Assembly (NCBI GenBank): GCA_963555985.3
Contig: OY820591.1
Location: forward strand, 704,001-768,000
From: Dehalococcoidia bacterium
GTDB taxonomy: Bacteria; Chloroflexota; Dehalococcoidia; Bin125
Length of the DNA stretch: 64,000 nt
Direction of reading: 5' to 3'
Made by a program: the position numbers and the translations under genes. Below are positions 27,863 through 37,431 of this stretch, one piece after another (position 1 is the first letter of the stretch; the number at the start of each line of letters is the position of its first letter). A model generated the notes under the pieces. The model was not told the DNA's origin. It saw only the letters and a list, made by a program, of their open reading frames with translations, and did no database searches.

Positions 27863-29254
27863 TCAGGCGATCCGCTCGATCAGCAGCGCGGCGATGCCAA
27901 GGAAGAACAGAAAGCCGAGCACATCCGTCGCGGTCGTGACGAAGATGCTGGCGGCGAGCGCCGGGTCGGCTCCGAGCCGGCGCAGAGCGATCGGAATCAG
28001 CAGCCCGCTGAGGCCGGCCACGACCATCGTCGCAAGCATGGCTGCGCCGACCGCGACGCCAAGATAGGGATTGTCCTGCCAGACCCAGCCGACTACGCCG
28101 ACCAGCAAGCCCAGGGCAATTCCGGTGGCGATGCCGATCGCGACCTCACGCGGGAGAACCGTGCGAGTGAAATGACGGTCGAATTCGCCCAGCGCCATCG
28201 CGCGCACAGCGAGCGTCGTCACCTGCATCCCCGCGTTGCCCCCCTGTCCCGCGATGATGGGCAGGAAGATCGCTAGCGCGGCGACCCGTGCAAGGGTGTC
28301 TTCGAAGGCCGCGATCACCGCTCCGGCGGCAAACGCCGTGGCCAGATTCAGGGTGAGCCAGGGCAGGCGGCGGCGAACGGCGGTGTGAACCGGAGCGGTC
28401 AGGGCTTCGTCGTCGACCAGTCCGACCAGGCGGTACATGTCTTCGGTCGCCTCTTGCTGGGCGATGTCGAGCAGGTCGTCGGCGGTGGCGACGCCCACGA
28501 GGCGATCCTGTTCGTCCAGCACGGGCAGGGCGTGCAGTCCGTAGTGCTGGAGCGTCTGCAACGCTTCCTCCTGGTCGACGTCGGTGCGAACAGTGGGGCC
28601 GGGCGGTTCCATCAGATCGCGGAGGGCGGTCATGGGCGAGGCGAAGACGACATCGAGCAGATGCACGGAACCGAGCAGCACGCCTTCGGCGTCGACGATG
28701 TAGACCGTGTCGCGCACGGTCGGGGCGGGAGCGGCGACGCGCAGGAGCGCGAGCGCGCGCTCGGCGGCGAGATGAGGGCCCAAGACCATCAACTCCGGGG
28801 CCATGATGCCGCCCGCTGATTCGTCGTCATGGGCCAGCAGCGGAGCGACGATCTCGGCGGCCGGCAGTCTGCCCAGCACGAGTTCGGCGTCCGGCTCGGG
28901 CAGTGCGTGGAGCACGTCCGCGCCAACTTGGGCGGTGGTCTGGTCGAGGGCGGCGGTGAGCTGGGGCAGAGCTACATCCGGGGCGACGTGTTCCAGTTCC
29001 TCGTGGGTGAGGAAGGGCAGCAGCTGGGCGAGCGTGTGGGAGTCGATCCGGTCGAGCACGCGCCGGCGCTCGTCGGTGGAGAGCGCGGCGAGAGCGTCGG
29101 CCTGGTCGGCCGGGTGGAGCGTGTGCAGCAATTGCGCCGCGCCGCCGGGGTCGCCGGCGTCAATGCGGGCGACGACATCCCAGACCGCCGCCGAGGATTC
29201 AACGGGGCTATCGCCGCGGCTCTGCGCTTGCGGCTGTCCGGTCGCTTGCGACAT
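27863..29254 (-). CDS. mgtE: Magnesium transporter MgtE
   Basis: LHPADQA N-domain, SAGGIM CBS pair, EATEDM, RRLPWL, GQGGNAGMQ, DPALAAS..VTTATDVLG. Confidence 0.95.
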   Translation of the reverse strand: MSQATGQPQAQSRGDSPVESSAAVWDVVARIDAGDPGGAAQLLHTLHPADQADALAALSTDERRRVLDRIDSHTLAQLLPFLTHEELEHVAPDVALPQLTAALDQTTAQVGADVLHALPEPDAELVLGRLPAAEIVAPLLAHDDESAGGIMAPELMVLGPHLAAERALALLRVAAPAPTVRDTVYIVDAEGVLLGSVHLLDVVFASPMTALRDLMEPPGPTVRTDVDQEEALQTLQHYGLHALPVLDEQDRLVGVATADDLLDIAQQEATEDMYRLVGLVDDEALTAPVHTAVRRRLPWLTLNLATAFAAGAVIAAFEDTLARVAALAIFLPIIAGQGGNAGMQVTTLAVRAMALGEFDRHFTRTVLPREVAIGIATGIALGLLVGVVGWVWQDNPYLGVAVGAAMLATMVVAGLSGLLIPIALRRLGADPALAASIFVTTATDVLGFLFFLGIAALLIERIA

Positions 29255-29319
29255 GGAGTGCTCCCGCTCGCGCCCGGCGCCCAACCACGGAACGGGTCAG
29301 CGCGATAGGCTGAGCGTGT

Positions 29320-29396
29320 GCGCCCGTAGCTCAGTGGAGTAGAGCACCAGGCTTCGGACCTGGGGGTCGGGGGTTCGAGTCCCTCCGGGCGTGCCA
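29320..29396 (+). tRNA. tRNA-Arg (UCG)
   Basis: GCGCCCG-TAGCTCAGTGG..AGAGC-ccagg-ctTCGga-cctgg...GGTTCGAGTCCC..CGGGCGT-G-CCA. Confidence 0.95.
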
Positions 29397-29444
29397 TTGC
29401 CCCTTGTAGCCTAGCGAGAGAGGCCAGGATGTCAGGAAGACACC

Positions 29445-29702
29445 ATGAGTGAGGTGTTCCACTTTTGTGGTCGGCGGATCCCCAAAGAAGTGGTCGAGCG
29501 TGCTCTGGAGTTGTTCGACGAGCAGGTCGGACTCGACCAAGCTATTGCTGAAGCCGAGGCGAACCGGCCGCGCCTCAGTCCCGAGGAACTGGACCAAGCG
29601 ATCGAGCGGATTCAGCGGCTGGTGGCCAAGTATGTCCCCGACGATGTTTCGCTGGTAGATGAACTGATTGCCGGACGGCGGGCGGAAGCCGCTCGTGAGT
29701 GA
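29445..29702 (+). CDS. VapB-like antitoxin
   Basis: C-terminal SLVDELIA.RRAEA motif typical of antitoxins paired with PIN toxins. Overlaps the vapC start. Confidence 0.65.
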   Translation: MSEVFHFCGRRIPKEVVERALELFDEQVGLDQAIAEAEANRPRLSPEELDQAIERIQRLVAKYVPDDVSLVDELIAGRRAEAARE

Positions 29703-30086
29703 GTGGGTGCTCGACGCGTCTGCGCTCTTGGCAATCGTGAAGAACGAAGAGGGCTCTGGTCGCGTCCGCTCGGCTCTTGATGCCGGCGCAGCCATCAGCA
29801 CCGTGAACCTCTCTGAAGTAGTGGCAACCCTGACCGGTCATGGAGTGCCGGCGAATGAGATCCGGTTTGAGCTTGGAAGCCTCAACTTCGAGATCGAGGA
29901 CTTCATCGAAGACGATGCCTACACCGCGGGTCTGCTCAAGCCCTTGACCGATGCGTACGACTGTCGTTTGCCGATCGTGCGTGCATCGCACTAGCGCGGA
30001 GACTGGGATTGCCGGTGTTGACCGCTGATCGACCTTGGGCCAACGTACCGCTCGGCGGCAAGCCGGAAGTAGTCCTCATCCGTTGA
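29695..30086 (+). pseudogene. vapC: VapC PIN-domain toxin with a 1-bp deletion frameshift near 29959
   Basis: VLDASALLA...ISTVNLSEV in one frame and LSFADRACIALARRLGLPVLTADRPW...LIR* in the other. Restoring one G (tacgGactg) gives AYGLSFADRAC. Confidence 0.85.
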
Positions 30087-30147
30087 CTCGAACCCGTGCA
30101 GTACCTTGCAGTGAACCTGAGTCGCTGACCAGCGTTGGGAGCGGACG

Positions 30148-31488
30148 ATGTTCATTGCCTGGTTCACGGAGCGGCCCTATCAGGATCCGCAAGCCTCCTG
30201 GTGGGGGCGCACGGGGCGGCGGCTGACCGACCTCGACAGTTCCAATGACGAGTACGACCCCAAGCTGGGCGCAGACCTCTATCACCGCTACCTCGACGAG
30301 GCCGTCGCCGCTGAGAACGCGGGCTTCGACGGGATCGTGCTCAACGAGCACCACTCGACCCCGTTCTGCATGGGATCGGTGATCAACGTGGAAGCGGCGA
30401 TCCTGGCGCGAATCACCGAGCGGGCGAAGATTTGCCTGCTGGGGAATATCCTGCCGATCTGGGAAGACCCGCTCTGGTTGGCGGAGACTTTGGCCGAGAT
30501 CGACATGATCTCCGGCGGCCGTCTGATCACGGGTTGGGTGCGGGGGACGGGGCGTGAGTCGTTAGCGCACAACTCGCAGTCGCCCTACAACTGGGAGCGC
30601 TATCAGGAGGCGCACGACCTGGTGGTCAAAGCGTGGACGGATCCGGGACCCTTCCGCTGGGAGGGCGAGCACTACGATTACCGCTACGTGAATCCGTGGT
30701 CGAAGCCGTTGCAGCGCCCGCATCCGCCGATCTGGATTCCGGGCGCGGTCTCGCAGCGCACGGTCGCCTGGGCGGCTGAGCGGCGCTACCCCTACGTGAT
30801 GCTGGCCACGCGGCTCGCGCCGACGCGCGACTCGTTCGCCTACTACGACAAGGTTGCTGCCGAGTTCGGCTATGAGGCCGGCCCGCAGCATCGCGGCTAC
30901 CTCTGGAAGGTCCACGTCGACGAAACCGAGGAGTTGGCAGAGGAGGTGGGGCGCAAGTATCTGACCGGTCCGGGCAACATCTTCCTCGAAGGGTCGCGCG
31001 GCGATGTGAAGCGCCATATCCAGAACCTGCCGGGGATGATTGACCGCCGGCGATTGTTGCCGACGGCGGGCGTGCGGCATGTCGAGGAGTCGCGGGGAAC
31101 GGTGAATCCGAACGAGTATCGGCGCTTGACGCTGGATGCGGCTGAAGGGTTCGTCGACACGGAAGACACCTACCAGGGTCTGACCGAGTCCTACTCGATT
31201 ATTTCCGGCACGCCGAAGACCGTGATCCCCAAAATTCGCCACGTGCTCGAATATCTGCGTCCCGGCTCGATCTGCTTCTGGGACGGGGACGGCTCGATGT
31301 CGCATGAGGACTCGATGCGTTCGCTGCGCTTGATGGGTGAAGAAGTGCTCCCAGCCGTGCGCGAGATGGCGCAGGAGTTGGACCTGCCCGGGCCCTTTGA
31401 TCTGCCCGCAGACGCGGAGCCGGCGGGAGTATCGCCGGCGGCGATGGCGAGCATGGAACGGGTCGCCGCAGCGGGCGTCGGGACGTAG
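30148..31488 (+). CDS. LLM-class (luciferase-like) flavin-dependent oxidoreductase
   Basis: GFDGIVLNEHH, LAETLAEIDMISGGRL..GWVRGTG, PLQRPHPPIW, RSLRLMGEEVLP. Confidence 0.92.
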   Translation: MFIAWFTERPYQDPQASWWGRTGRRLTDLDSSNDEYDPKLGADLYHRYLDEAVAAENAGFDGIVLNEHHSTPFCMGSVINVEAAILARITERAKICLLGNILPIWEDPLWLAETLAEIDMISGGRLITGWVRGTGRESLAHNSQSPYNWERYQEAHDLVVKAWTDPGPFRWEGEHYDYRYVNPWSKPLQRPHPPIWIPGAVSQRTVAWAAERRYPYVMLATRLAPTRDSFAYYDKVAAEFGYEAGPQHRGYLWKVHVDETEELAEEVGRKYLTGPGNIFLEGSRGDVKRHIQNLPGMIDRRRLLPTAGVRHVEESRGTVNPNEYRRLTLDAAEGFVDTEDTYQGLTESYSIISGTPKTVIPKIRHVLEYLRPGSICFWDGDGSMSHEDSMRSLRLMGEEVLPAVREMAQELDLPGPFDLPADAEPAGVSPAAMASMERVAAAGVGT

Positions 31489-31712
31489 CCGGACAAACGG
31501 GGACGAACGTGCGTGGATGGATTGTGGGCAAGCGGTGAGCAGCCTGTGCTTGCCGCTTCACCGTAAGCGGGCTCTGCGATCGTTATCGGGTTTCTTTGAG
31601 GGCGTCTGTTGATGCTGCGTTAAGCGCCGTGCCGCTGCGCCATCGGCGGCGTTGACCTCCTCTCCGTGCGGATAAGACAGTGGCGCCAGGCACTGTGGGA
31701 GAGGAGACCTCC

Positions 31713-32402
31713 ATGACATTCCGAGGCATTCGCGCACGTTGGTTTGCGCTCGTCGGAGCGGCGCTCGCCGTGGTTGCGGTGACGACTGCGGTTCTGGCTC
31801 AGCCGCAGCCCCAATACCGCTTCTACGGACTGCCCGGCGATAGCACGATCAATGGTGAGATCGCGCCGGTCGGCTCAATTGTGGCGGCGAGTTCGGGTGG
31901 CGAAGTATTGGGCAGCGTCGAGATCGGCGAGGCCGGCACCTGGTACATCGATGTCGAGCCGGATTCGGCGAACATCACCTTCAGCCTCAACGGCATCAAC
32001 GACAACGTGGCCTACGACGCCGAGACGGTCGGCGGCAGCCGCAAGATCGAGTTGCACGTGACTTCTTCCGTTCCCGATGACGCCATGCAGAGTGAGCCGG
32101 CGGACGGCGACATGCTCGAGGCCGAGGAGGACGACGGCGCGATGATGGAAGCCGCCGACGAAGATGCCATGGAGTCGTCTGAGGCTGAGGACGATGGCGA
32201 CCTGATGGAGGCCGAAGACGACACCATGCAGACCGCGTCGGATGGCGACGGGGAGGAAGACTACCCCGACAGCGGCAGCGGCGGACTGCTGGAGCAGCAG
32301 GGCGCCAACTGGCCGCTCGCGGTTGGCGTCACCGCCGCGCTGATGGCCGCGGTGGCCGGCGCCGCGCTGGTGATCAGCCGCCGAACGGACGGCGCGAGCT
32401 AA
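31713..32402 (+). CDS. Secreted RFYG-domain protein with C-terminal sorting signal (YPDSGSGGL-TM-RR)
   Basis: Signal peptide, QYRFYG..G...INGEIAPVG domain, Asp/Glu/Met-rich linker, TM helix and RR. RBS gaggag. Confidence 0.8.
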   Translation: MTFRGIRARWFALVGAALAVVAVTTAVLAQPQPQYRFYGLPGDSTINGEIAPVGSIVAASSGGEVLGSVEIGEAGTWYIDVEPDSANITFSLNGINDNVAYDAETVGGSRKIELHVTSSVPDDAMQSEPADGDMLEAEEDDGAMMEAADEDAMESSEAEDDGDLMEAEDDTMQTASDGDGEEDYPDSGSGGLLEQQGANWPLAVGVTAALMAAVAGAALVISRRTDGAS

Positions 32403-32430
32403 TCACATTGACCGCAGTGGTGCGGGGTTA

Positions 32431-32462
32431 CCGCCCGCGGGGGAACACTCCCCCGTGGGCGG
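32431..32462 (+). terminator. Hairpin after the RFYG gene
   Basis: ccgcccgcggggga-acac-tcccccgtgggcgg. Confidence 0.5.
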
Positions 32463-32553
32463 CTCCGTGTCTGCTAACCTCGCACTTGGATCTGTCCAGT
32501 GATCGCGCCGATATGGTTTGGCGCAGACGAGACGCAGAAGGAATCGAGCGCCC

Positions 32554-32766
32554 ATGCTGCTGGTGAGCCGTAAAGAGCACGAGAGCCCGGAGGCTCTGAT
32601 TCGCCGTTTCAACAAGATGGTGCAGCGCGATGGGGTGTTGCAGGAGGCGCGGCGACGGCGACGGTTCATTTCCAACCGCGAGAAGCAGCGTCAGGCGGAG
32701 CGCCGGGCCGCGCGGCGGCGGCGGCGCGCGATGGTCAAGACGCGCCGCCGCGTTCCGGTCATGTAG
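32554..32766 (+). CDS. rpsU: 30S ribosomal protein S21
   Basis: V..KEHES.EALIRRFNKMVQRDGVLQEARRRRRF.S..EK pattern. Confidence 0.88.
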   Translation: MLLVSRKEHESPEALIRRFNKMVQRDGVLQEARRRRRFISNREKQRQAERRAARRRRRAMVKTRRRVPVM

Positions 32767-32921
32767 GACTTCGTCGCCGCAGCTCTTCGATCCTTCGCAG
32801 ATGATCTGCGGTTGATTGTCCGCGTCCGCCACTTTACGGGACTCTGACCCAGCGCTGACGCGCCGATGATCTCGCGTCCGCGCCTGCGTGCGATGATGAG
32901 GCGGCGCGGGAGGAATGCTCA

Positions 32922-33626
32922 GTGCCGACGATTCTGGTCGTAGACGACGAAGCCAACATCCGCGAACTCTGCGCTCTCTATCTGGAGCGAGAGGGTTTCG
33001 CGGTCGAGTTGGCCGCCGACGGCGAGGAGGCGCTGGCGGCGGCTCGTGAACGCGGCCCTGATCTGATCGTGCTCGACCTAATGCTGCCCAAACGCTCCGG
33101 TTTCGAGGTGACGCGCGAGTTGCGCAGCGATCCGGGCCCGATCCGCGACATCCCGATTCTGATGCTCACGGCGCGGTCCGAGGATGTGGACCGGATCGTG
33201 GGGCTGGAGCTGGGCGCAGACGACTATCTGGGCAAGCCGTTTCATCCGCGCGAGTTGACCGCGCGCGTGAAGGCGATCCTGCGCCGAACCAATAACGGCG
33301 CTGAGCGCGCCAGCCGAGGCCGCGTGAGCGTGGGCACGCTCACGCTCGATTGGGAACGGCACGAAGTTGTGCTCCGGGGCCGGGCCTTGCAGCTGCGCAG
33401 CAAGGAGTTCGATCTGCTCCGGCATCTGGCCGAACACGCCGGCATGGTGCTGACCCGCGAGCAGCTTCTCGAACAGGTCTGGGGCTACCAGTACTTGGGC
33501 GAGACACGCACAGTGGACGTGCACGTGAATCAGTTGCGGCGCAAGCTGTCGCCGGATGGGGAAGACCCGGGCGTGGCGATCGAGACGGTGCGGGGACTCG
33601 GCTACAAGTTGGTCACGACCGGCTAG
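32922..33626 (+). CDS. OmpR/PhoB-family response regulator
   Basis: ILVVDDE, LDLMLP, GLELGADDY..KPF, wHTH RTVDVHV..LRRKL, TVRGLGYK. Confidence 0.95.
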   Translation: MPTILVVDDEANIRELCALYLEREGFAVELAADGEEALAAARERGPDLIVLDLMLPKRSGFEVTRELRSDPGPIRDIPILMLTARSEDVDRIVGLELGADDYLGKPFHPRELTARVKAILRRTNNGAERASRGRVSVGTLTLDWERHEVVLRGRALQLRSKEFDLLRHLAEHAGMVLTREQLLEQVWGYQYLGETRTVDVHVNQLRRKLSPDGEDPGVAIETVRGLGYKLVTTG

Positions 33627-33636
33627 GCGGCGCGGC

Positions 33637-35058
33637 GTGGGCGGGGGCTACGGACTGCGGCTGTTTCTCGGTTTCGCCGCGGTGGTGCTAGTGATGCTGT
33701 TAGTGTCGGGCGCGGTTTTCGTTTCCGCCTTCGGCGGCTACCGCGACCAATTCGACCGCTCCGAGCTGCGCGCCGCCGGCAATGTCTTGAGCGTGGAGAT
33801 CGCCAGACTCCTGCGAGGCTCCGCCAACTACTACGACCGCGAAGTACTGGTCACGCTGATCCGCGCTCAGGCTGATCACGCCGGACTGATCGTGATCCTC
33901 ACGGACGGCCACGGCCGCGTCCTGAGCGGCTTCGAGCCGAGGCGCTGGTTCGGTGAGGACAAGGCAGACATTGACTACATGAGCATCGTCAGCAAGGTGG
34001 GCCGGTCCGGCTGGTTCGAGACCAAGCTGCACCTGGCAGGCGAGTGGCGTCCGGCTCTGGCGCGGATTCTGGTTCACCCGGGACGGGACGGAGATCCCGG
34101 CGAAGCAGTGCTCATGGCCGTGACCTTCGGCGACGAACACAGCTTTGGCTCCCTCGATGAGCTGGTCGGGCGCCTGCTGCTATCCGGTTTGGTCGGTCTG
34201 GGGGCGGCAGTGCTGATTGCGATGATCCTCTCGAGGCAACTCAAGCGGCCTCTGGAGGCGCTGACCAGCGTGGTGCGGCGGTTTGGACCGGACCGCTACG
34301 ACGCCCGCGCCGCCGAGACCGGCCCCGCCCAAGTGCGCGATCTGGCGCGGGCGTTCAACGCCATGGCCGAGCGTGTCGCCGCTAATGAACGCGCCATGCA
34401 AGGCTTCATCGCGGATGTCTCGCATGAGTTGCGCACCCCGCTCACCTCCATTCGCGGCTTCGTGGAGGCGTTGCGCGACGGCACCGTCTCCGAACCCGAA
34501 CGGCGCGAGCACTCGCTCGATGTGATCCAGGAGGAGACGCAGCGGATGTTGCGGATGGTGGAGCAGCTACTGGATCTCTCCCGACTGGAAGCAGGACAGT
34601 ACCGGCTCCAATCCTCGCGGATCGATCTTGGAGAGTTGATCGACCATGCGCTGGCGATGTTCGAGGTGCGCGCGGAAGGGCAAGGCCTCGAACTGCACGC
34701 CGAGACTGCGCCTGCGACGCCGGTCATTGAGGCCGACTACGACCGGCTAGTGCAAGTGCTGAGCAATCTGCTCGACAACGCCCTGCGCCATACAGCCGAG
34801 GGGTCGGTGACGGTCTCGGCCAGACCGATGGACGACGGCGTGGAGCTGCGCGTCTCCGACAGCGGCGAAGGCATCGCGCCCGACGACCTGGAGCGGCTCT
34901 TCGACCGCTTCTGGCAACCGGAGTCGAGGTCCGGCCCCGGGGCCGGGCTGGGGTTGGCGATCTCGCGGGAAATCGTCAGAGCGCACGGCGGACGGATCAG
35001 CGCCGCGAGCGAGTTGGGCGTCGGCACGACGATCACGGTGTGGTTGCCTGCGGGATAA
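33637..35058 (+). CDS. HAMP-domain sensor histidine kinase
   Basis: Two TM helices, HAMP, DVSHELRTPLT, NLLDNALRH, DSGEGI, GAGLGLAI. Start is an assumed GTG. Confidence 0.92.
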   Translation: MGGGYGLRLFLGFAAVVLVMLLVSGAVFVSAFGGYRDQFDRSELRAAGNVLSVEIARLLRGSANYYDREVLVTLIRAQADHAGLIVILTDGHGRVLSGFEPRRWFGEDKADIDYMSIVSKVGRSGWFETKLHLAGEWRPALARILVHPGRDGDPGEAVLMAVTFGDEHSFGSLDELVGRLLLSGLVGLGAAVLIAMILSRQLKRPLEALTSVVRRFGPDRYDARAAETGPAQVRDLARAFNAMAERVAANERAMQGFIADVSHELRTPLTSIRGFVEALRDGTVSEPERREHSLDVIQEETQRMLRMVEQLLDLSRLEAGQYRLQSSRIDLGELIDHALAMFEVRAEGQGLELHAETAPATPVIEADYDRLVQVLSNLLDNALRHTAEGSVTVSARPMDDGVELRVSDSGEGIAPDDLERLFDRFWQPESRSGPGAGLGLAISREIVRAHGGRISAASELGVGTTITVWLPAG

Positions 35059-35186
35059 CGCTCGTCCAGCCCCCCGGTTCACTCGGAGACCCGCTTGGGC
35101 TGGGTACCGAGCAGGTCCTGAGCGAGTCAGGGGCTGAGGTTGAGCGGTTGACTTGTATCTTCGCGTTGAGCCGAGGTTGATATCCC

Positions 35187-36437
35187 ATGCTCTACTTCCA
35201 GGCTGTGCTTGGGATCGTCTTGATCATCGCTGTCGCCTGGGCGCTGAGTGAGAATCGGCGGGCGTTTCCGGTTCGGACGGCGGCGGCTGGGCTGATCGTT
35301 CAGTTTGCGCTGGCGGCTTTGCTGATCAAGGTGCCGGGGTCGCAGATTGTCTTCGAGTGGATCGGCGACGGCGTGGATGCGCTGGCGCGCTCAACCGAGG
35401 CGGGCACGACGCTGGTGTTTGGTTATCTGGGCGGTGGAACGCTGCCGTTTGAGGAGTCGTACCCGGGCGCGGCGTTCATCTTCGCCTTCCGCTCGCTGCC
35501 GGTCGTGATCTTCGTGGGCGCGTTGTCGGCGGTGCTCTATCACTACCGCGTGCTGCCCGTGATCGTGCGGGGCTTCGCCTTTGCGCTGAGCAAGACGCTG
35601 AACATCAGCGGCGCGGCCAGCTTCTCGACCGCCGCCAACGTCTTCCTGGGCATGGTCGAGGCGCCGCTGCTGGTGCGTCCGTACTTGCAGAACATGAGCC
35701 GCTCAGATCTGTTCATTGTGATGACCGGCGGGATGGCGACGATTGCGGGCACGGTCTATGTGCTGTTCTCGGTGATCCTGGACGGGATCATTCCCGATCC
35801 GGCCGGGCATTTGCTGACCGCGTCGATCATCAGCGCGCCGGCTGCGGTCGTGATCGCGCTGATCCTGATTCCTCGCGACGTCGACGCGGTGGATGAGACC
35901 AAGATCGAGTTCGCGCGGATTTACGACAACGGGATCGACGCGCTGACTCGCGGCGCGATCGATGGACTGCGTTTGTTGGCCTACATCATCGGGATGTTGA
36001 TCGTGTTCGTCGCGCTGGTGGAGTTGGCCAACATCATCCTCGGCGCATTTCCCGAGGCCGACGGTGCTGATCTGACCCTGCAACGCATCTTCGGCTGGGT
36101 TCTGGCGCCGGTCGTCTGGCTGCTGGGCATCCCCTGGTCCGACGCGGTGGAGGCGGGACAACTCTTGGGAACCAAGGTTGTGCTCAACGAACTGGTCGCT
36201 TACATCGACATGTCGAATCTGCCCGAGGGCGCGCTGAGCGAGAAGAGCGCGCTGATCATGACCTATGCGGTCTGCGGCTTCGCCAATTTCGGCAGCGTCG
36301 GGATCATGTTGGGTGGGCTGGCGGCGATCGTGCCCGAGCGCCGGGGCGAGTTGGCGCAGCTGGGCCTGAAGTCGATCATGGCGGGGACGATGGCGACCTG
36401 CATGACCGGCGCGATCGCGGGTCTGCTGTTCTGGTAG
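35187..36437 (+). CDS. Concentrative nucleoside transporter (NupC/CNT family)
   Basis: AWALSENRR, ANVFLGMVEAPL, GGMATIAG, GTKVVLNELVAY, CGFANFGSVG. Confidence 0.93.
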   Translation: MLYFQAVLGIVLIIAVAWALSENRRAFPVRTAAAGLIVQFALAALLIKVPGSQIVFEWIGDGVDALARSTEAGTTLVFGYLGGGTLPFEESYPGAAFIFAFRSLPVVIFVGALSAVLYHYRVLPVIVRGFAFALSKTLNISGAASFSTAANVFLGMVEAPLLVRPYLQNMSRSDLFIVMTGGMATIAGTVYVLFSVILDGIIPDPAGHLLTASIISAPAAVVIALILIPRDVDAVDETKIEFARIYDNGIDALTRGAIDGLRLLAYIIGMLIVFVALVELANIILGAFPEADGADLTLQRIFGWVLAPVVWLLGIPWSDAVEAGQLLGTKVVLNELVAYIDMSNLPEGALSEKSALIMTYAVCGFANFGSVGIMLGGLAAIVPERRGELAQLGLKSIMAGTMATCMTGAIAGLLFW

Positions 36438-36466
36438 GCGCCCGAGCCTGCGATACGCTGCCAAGC

Positions 36467-37396
36467 ATGGATGCCCAGCAGCAGCTGACCCTTCTGGCGG
36501 CGACGATGACGCGCGACGCGCTAGTCGCGGACGGCGTGTCGGAGGTGTCGTTTGAGCCGCCGTCAGCGGGTTCGCTGAGCACGGCATTTCGCGCCAACGA
36601 CGCAGCGGGAACTCTCGCTGTCTGTCCGTTGTTCGACCTCGCTGCCTTACAGGCCGATGGCGCGACGCTGGCTCGCAAGGTGGACTTGGAGGAACGGCTG
36701 CACGCCTATGGGGCGCGGGATGTGGCGCTCTGGGTTCCGCCGGGGGCGGCACTGCCGGAGGACGCCGACCACACGGCGGGACTGATCGCCGATGCCGCGC
36801 GCGAACTGGAAGTCGGCGACAAGGGCGAGGTGACGTTCAAGGTCGATGTGGCGGTTCGCAAGACCGGCGGCGAGGGCTCGTACATGAGCGTGTTGGGCGG
36901 GCTGTCGCAGCAGTGGGCGCGGTTCACGAATCAGGTGATGGGTGAATATCAGCTCGATTCGTCCAACATCTATCGCCTGCCCGAGGACGAGGGCAAGATC
37001 ACGCAGATGGTGGATTTTCTCGTGCTGGTCGCCAACGGCATCCGCAAGGAGGGCGTGGCGACGATGGTCGCGGGCGAGGACACCTGGCGGATTCAGCGGT
37101 TGGACGGGGTTGAGGAGCCGATCGTGATCTGTGCGCCGCCGGCCTCGGTGGTCGACGGACGAGCGGTGCGGCGCTTGATGCGTCGCTCGCTGCGCGAGGC
37201 GGAGGCGGCGATCGGGGGAGCGAGCGGCTTTCGGATCGCTTCAATGATCACGCTGGCCAACAGCCTTGACCGTGAGTTGGTCAGCACGGCGCTGCGCGGG
37301 CTGGATCCGCTGCTGCTGGCGGGTTGGGACTATATGCCGCTGCTGGTCGATGGGCAGGTCAGGACGCTGCTCGAACCATCGCCGCCGCTGGCCTGA
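36467..37396 (+). CDS. Hypothetical protein
   Basis: 309 aa ORF with typical codon usage, co-oriented with the transporter; no motif recognised. Confidence 0.7.
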   Translation: MDAQQQLTLLAATMTRDALVADGVSEVSFEPPSAGSLSTAFRANDAAGTLAVCPLFDLAALQADGATLARKVDLEERLHAYGARDVALWVPPGAALPEDADHTAGLIADAARELEVGDKGEVTFKVDVAVRKTGGEGSYMSVLGGLSQQWARFTNQVMGEYQLDSSNIYRLPEDEGKITQMVDFLVLVANGIRKEGVATMVAGEDTWRIQRLDGVEEPIVICAPPASVVDGRAVRRLMRRSLREAEAAIGGASGFRIASMITLANSLDRELVSTALRGLDPLLLAGWDYMPLLVDGQVRTLLEPSPPLA

Positions 37397-37431
37397 TCGT
37401 CAGCGGCGGCGGCCCGTAGGTGCTTGATGCG

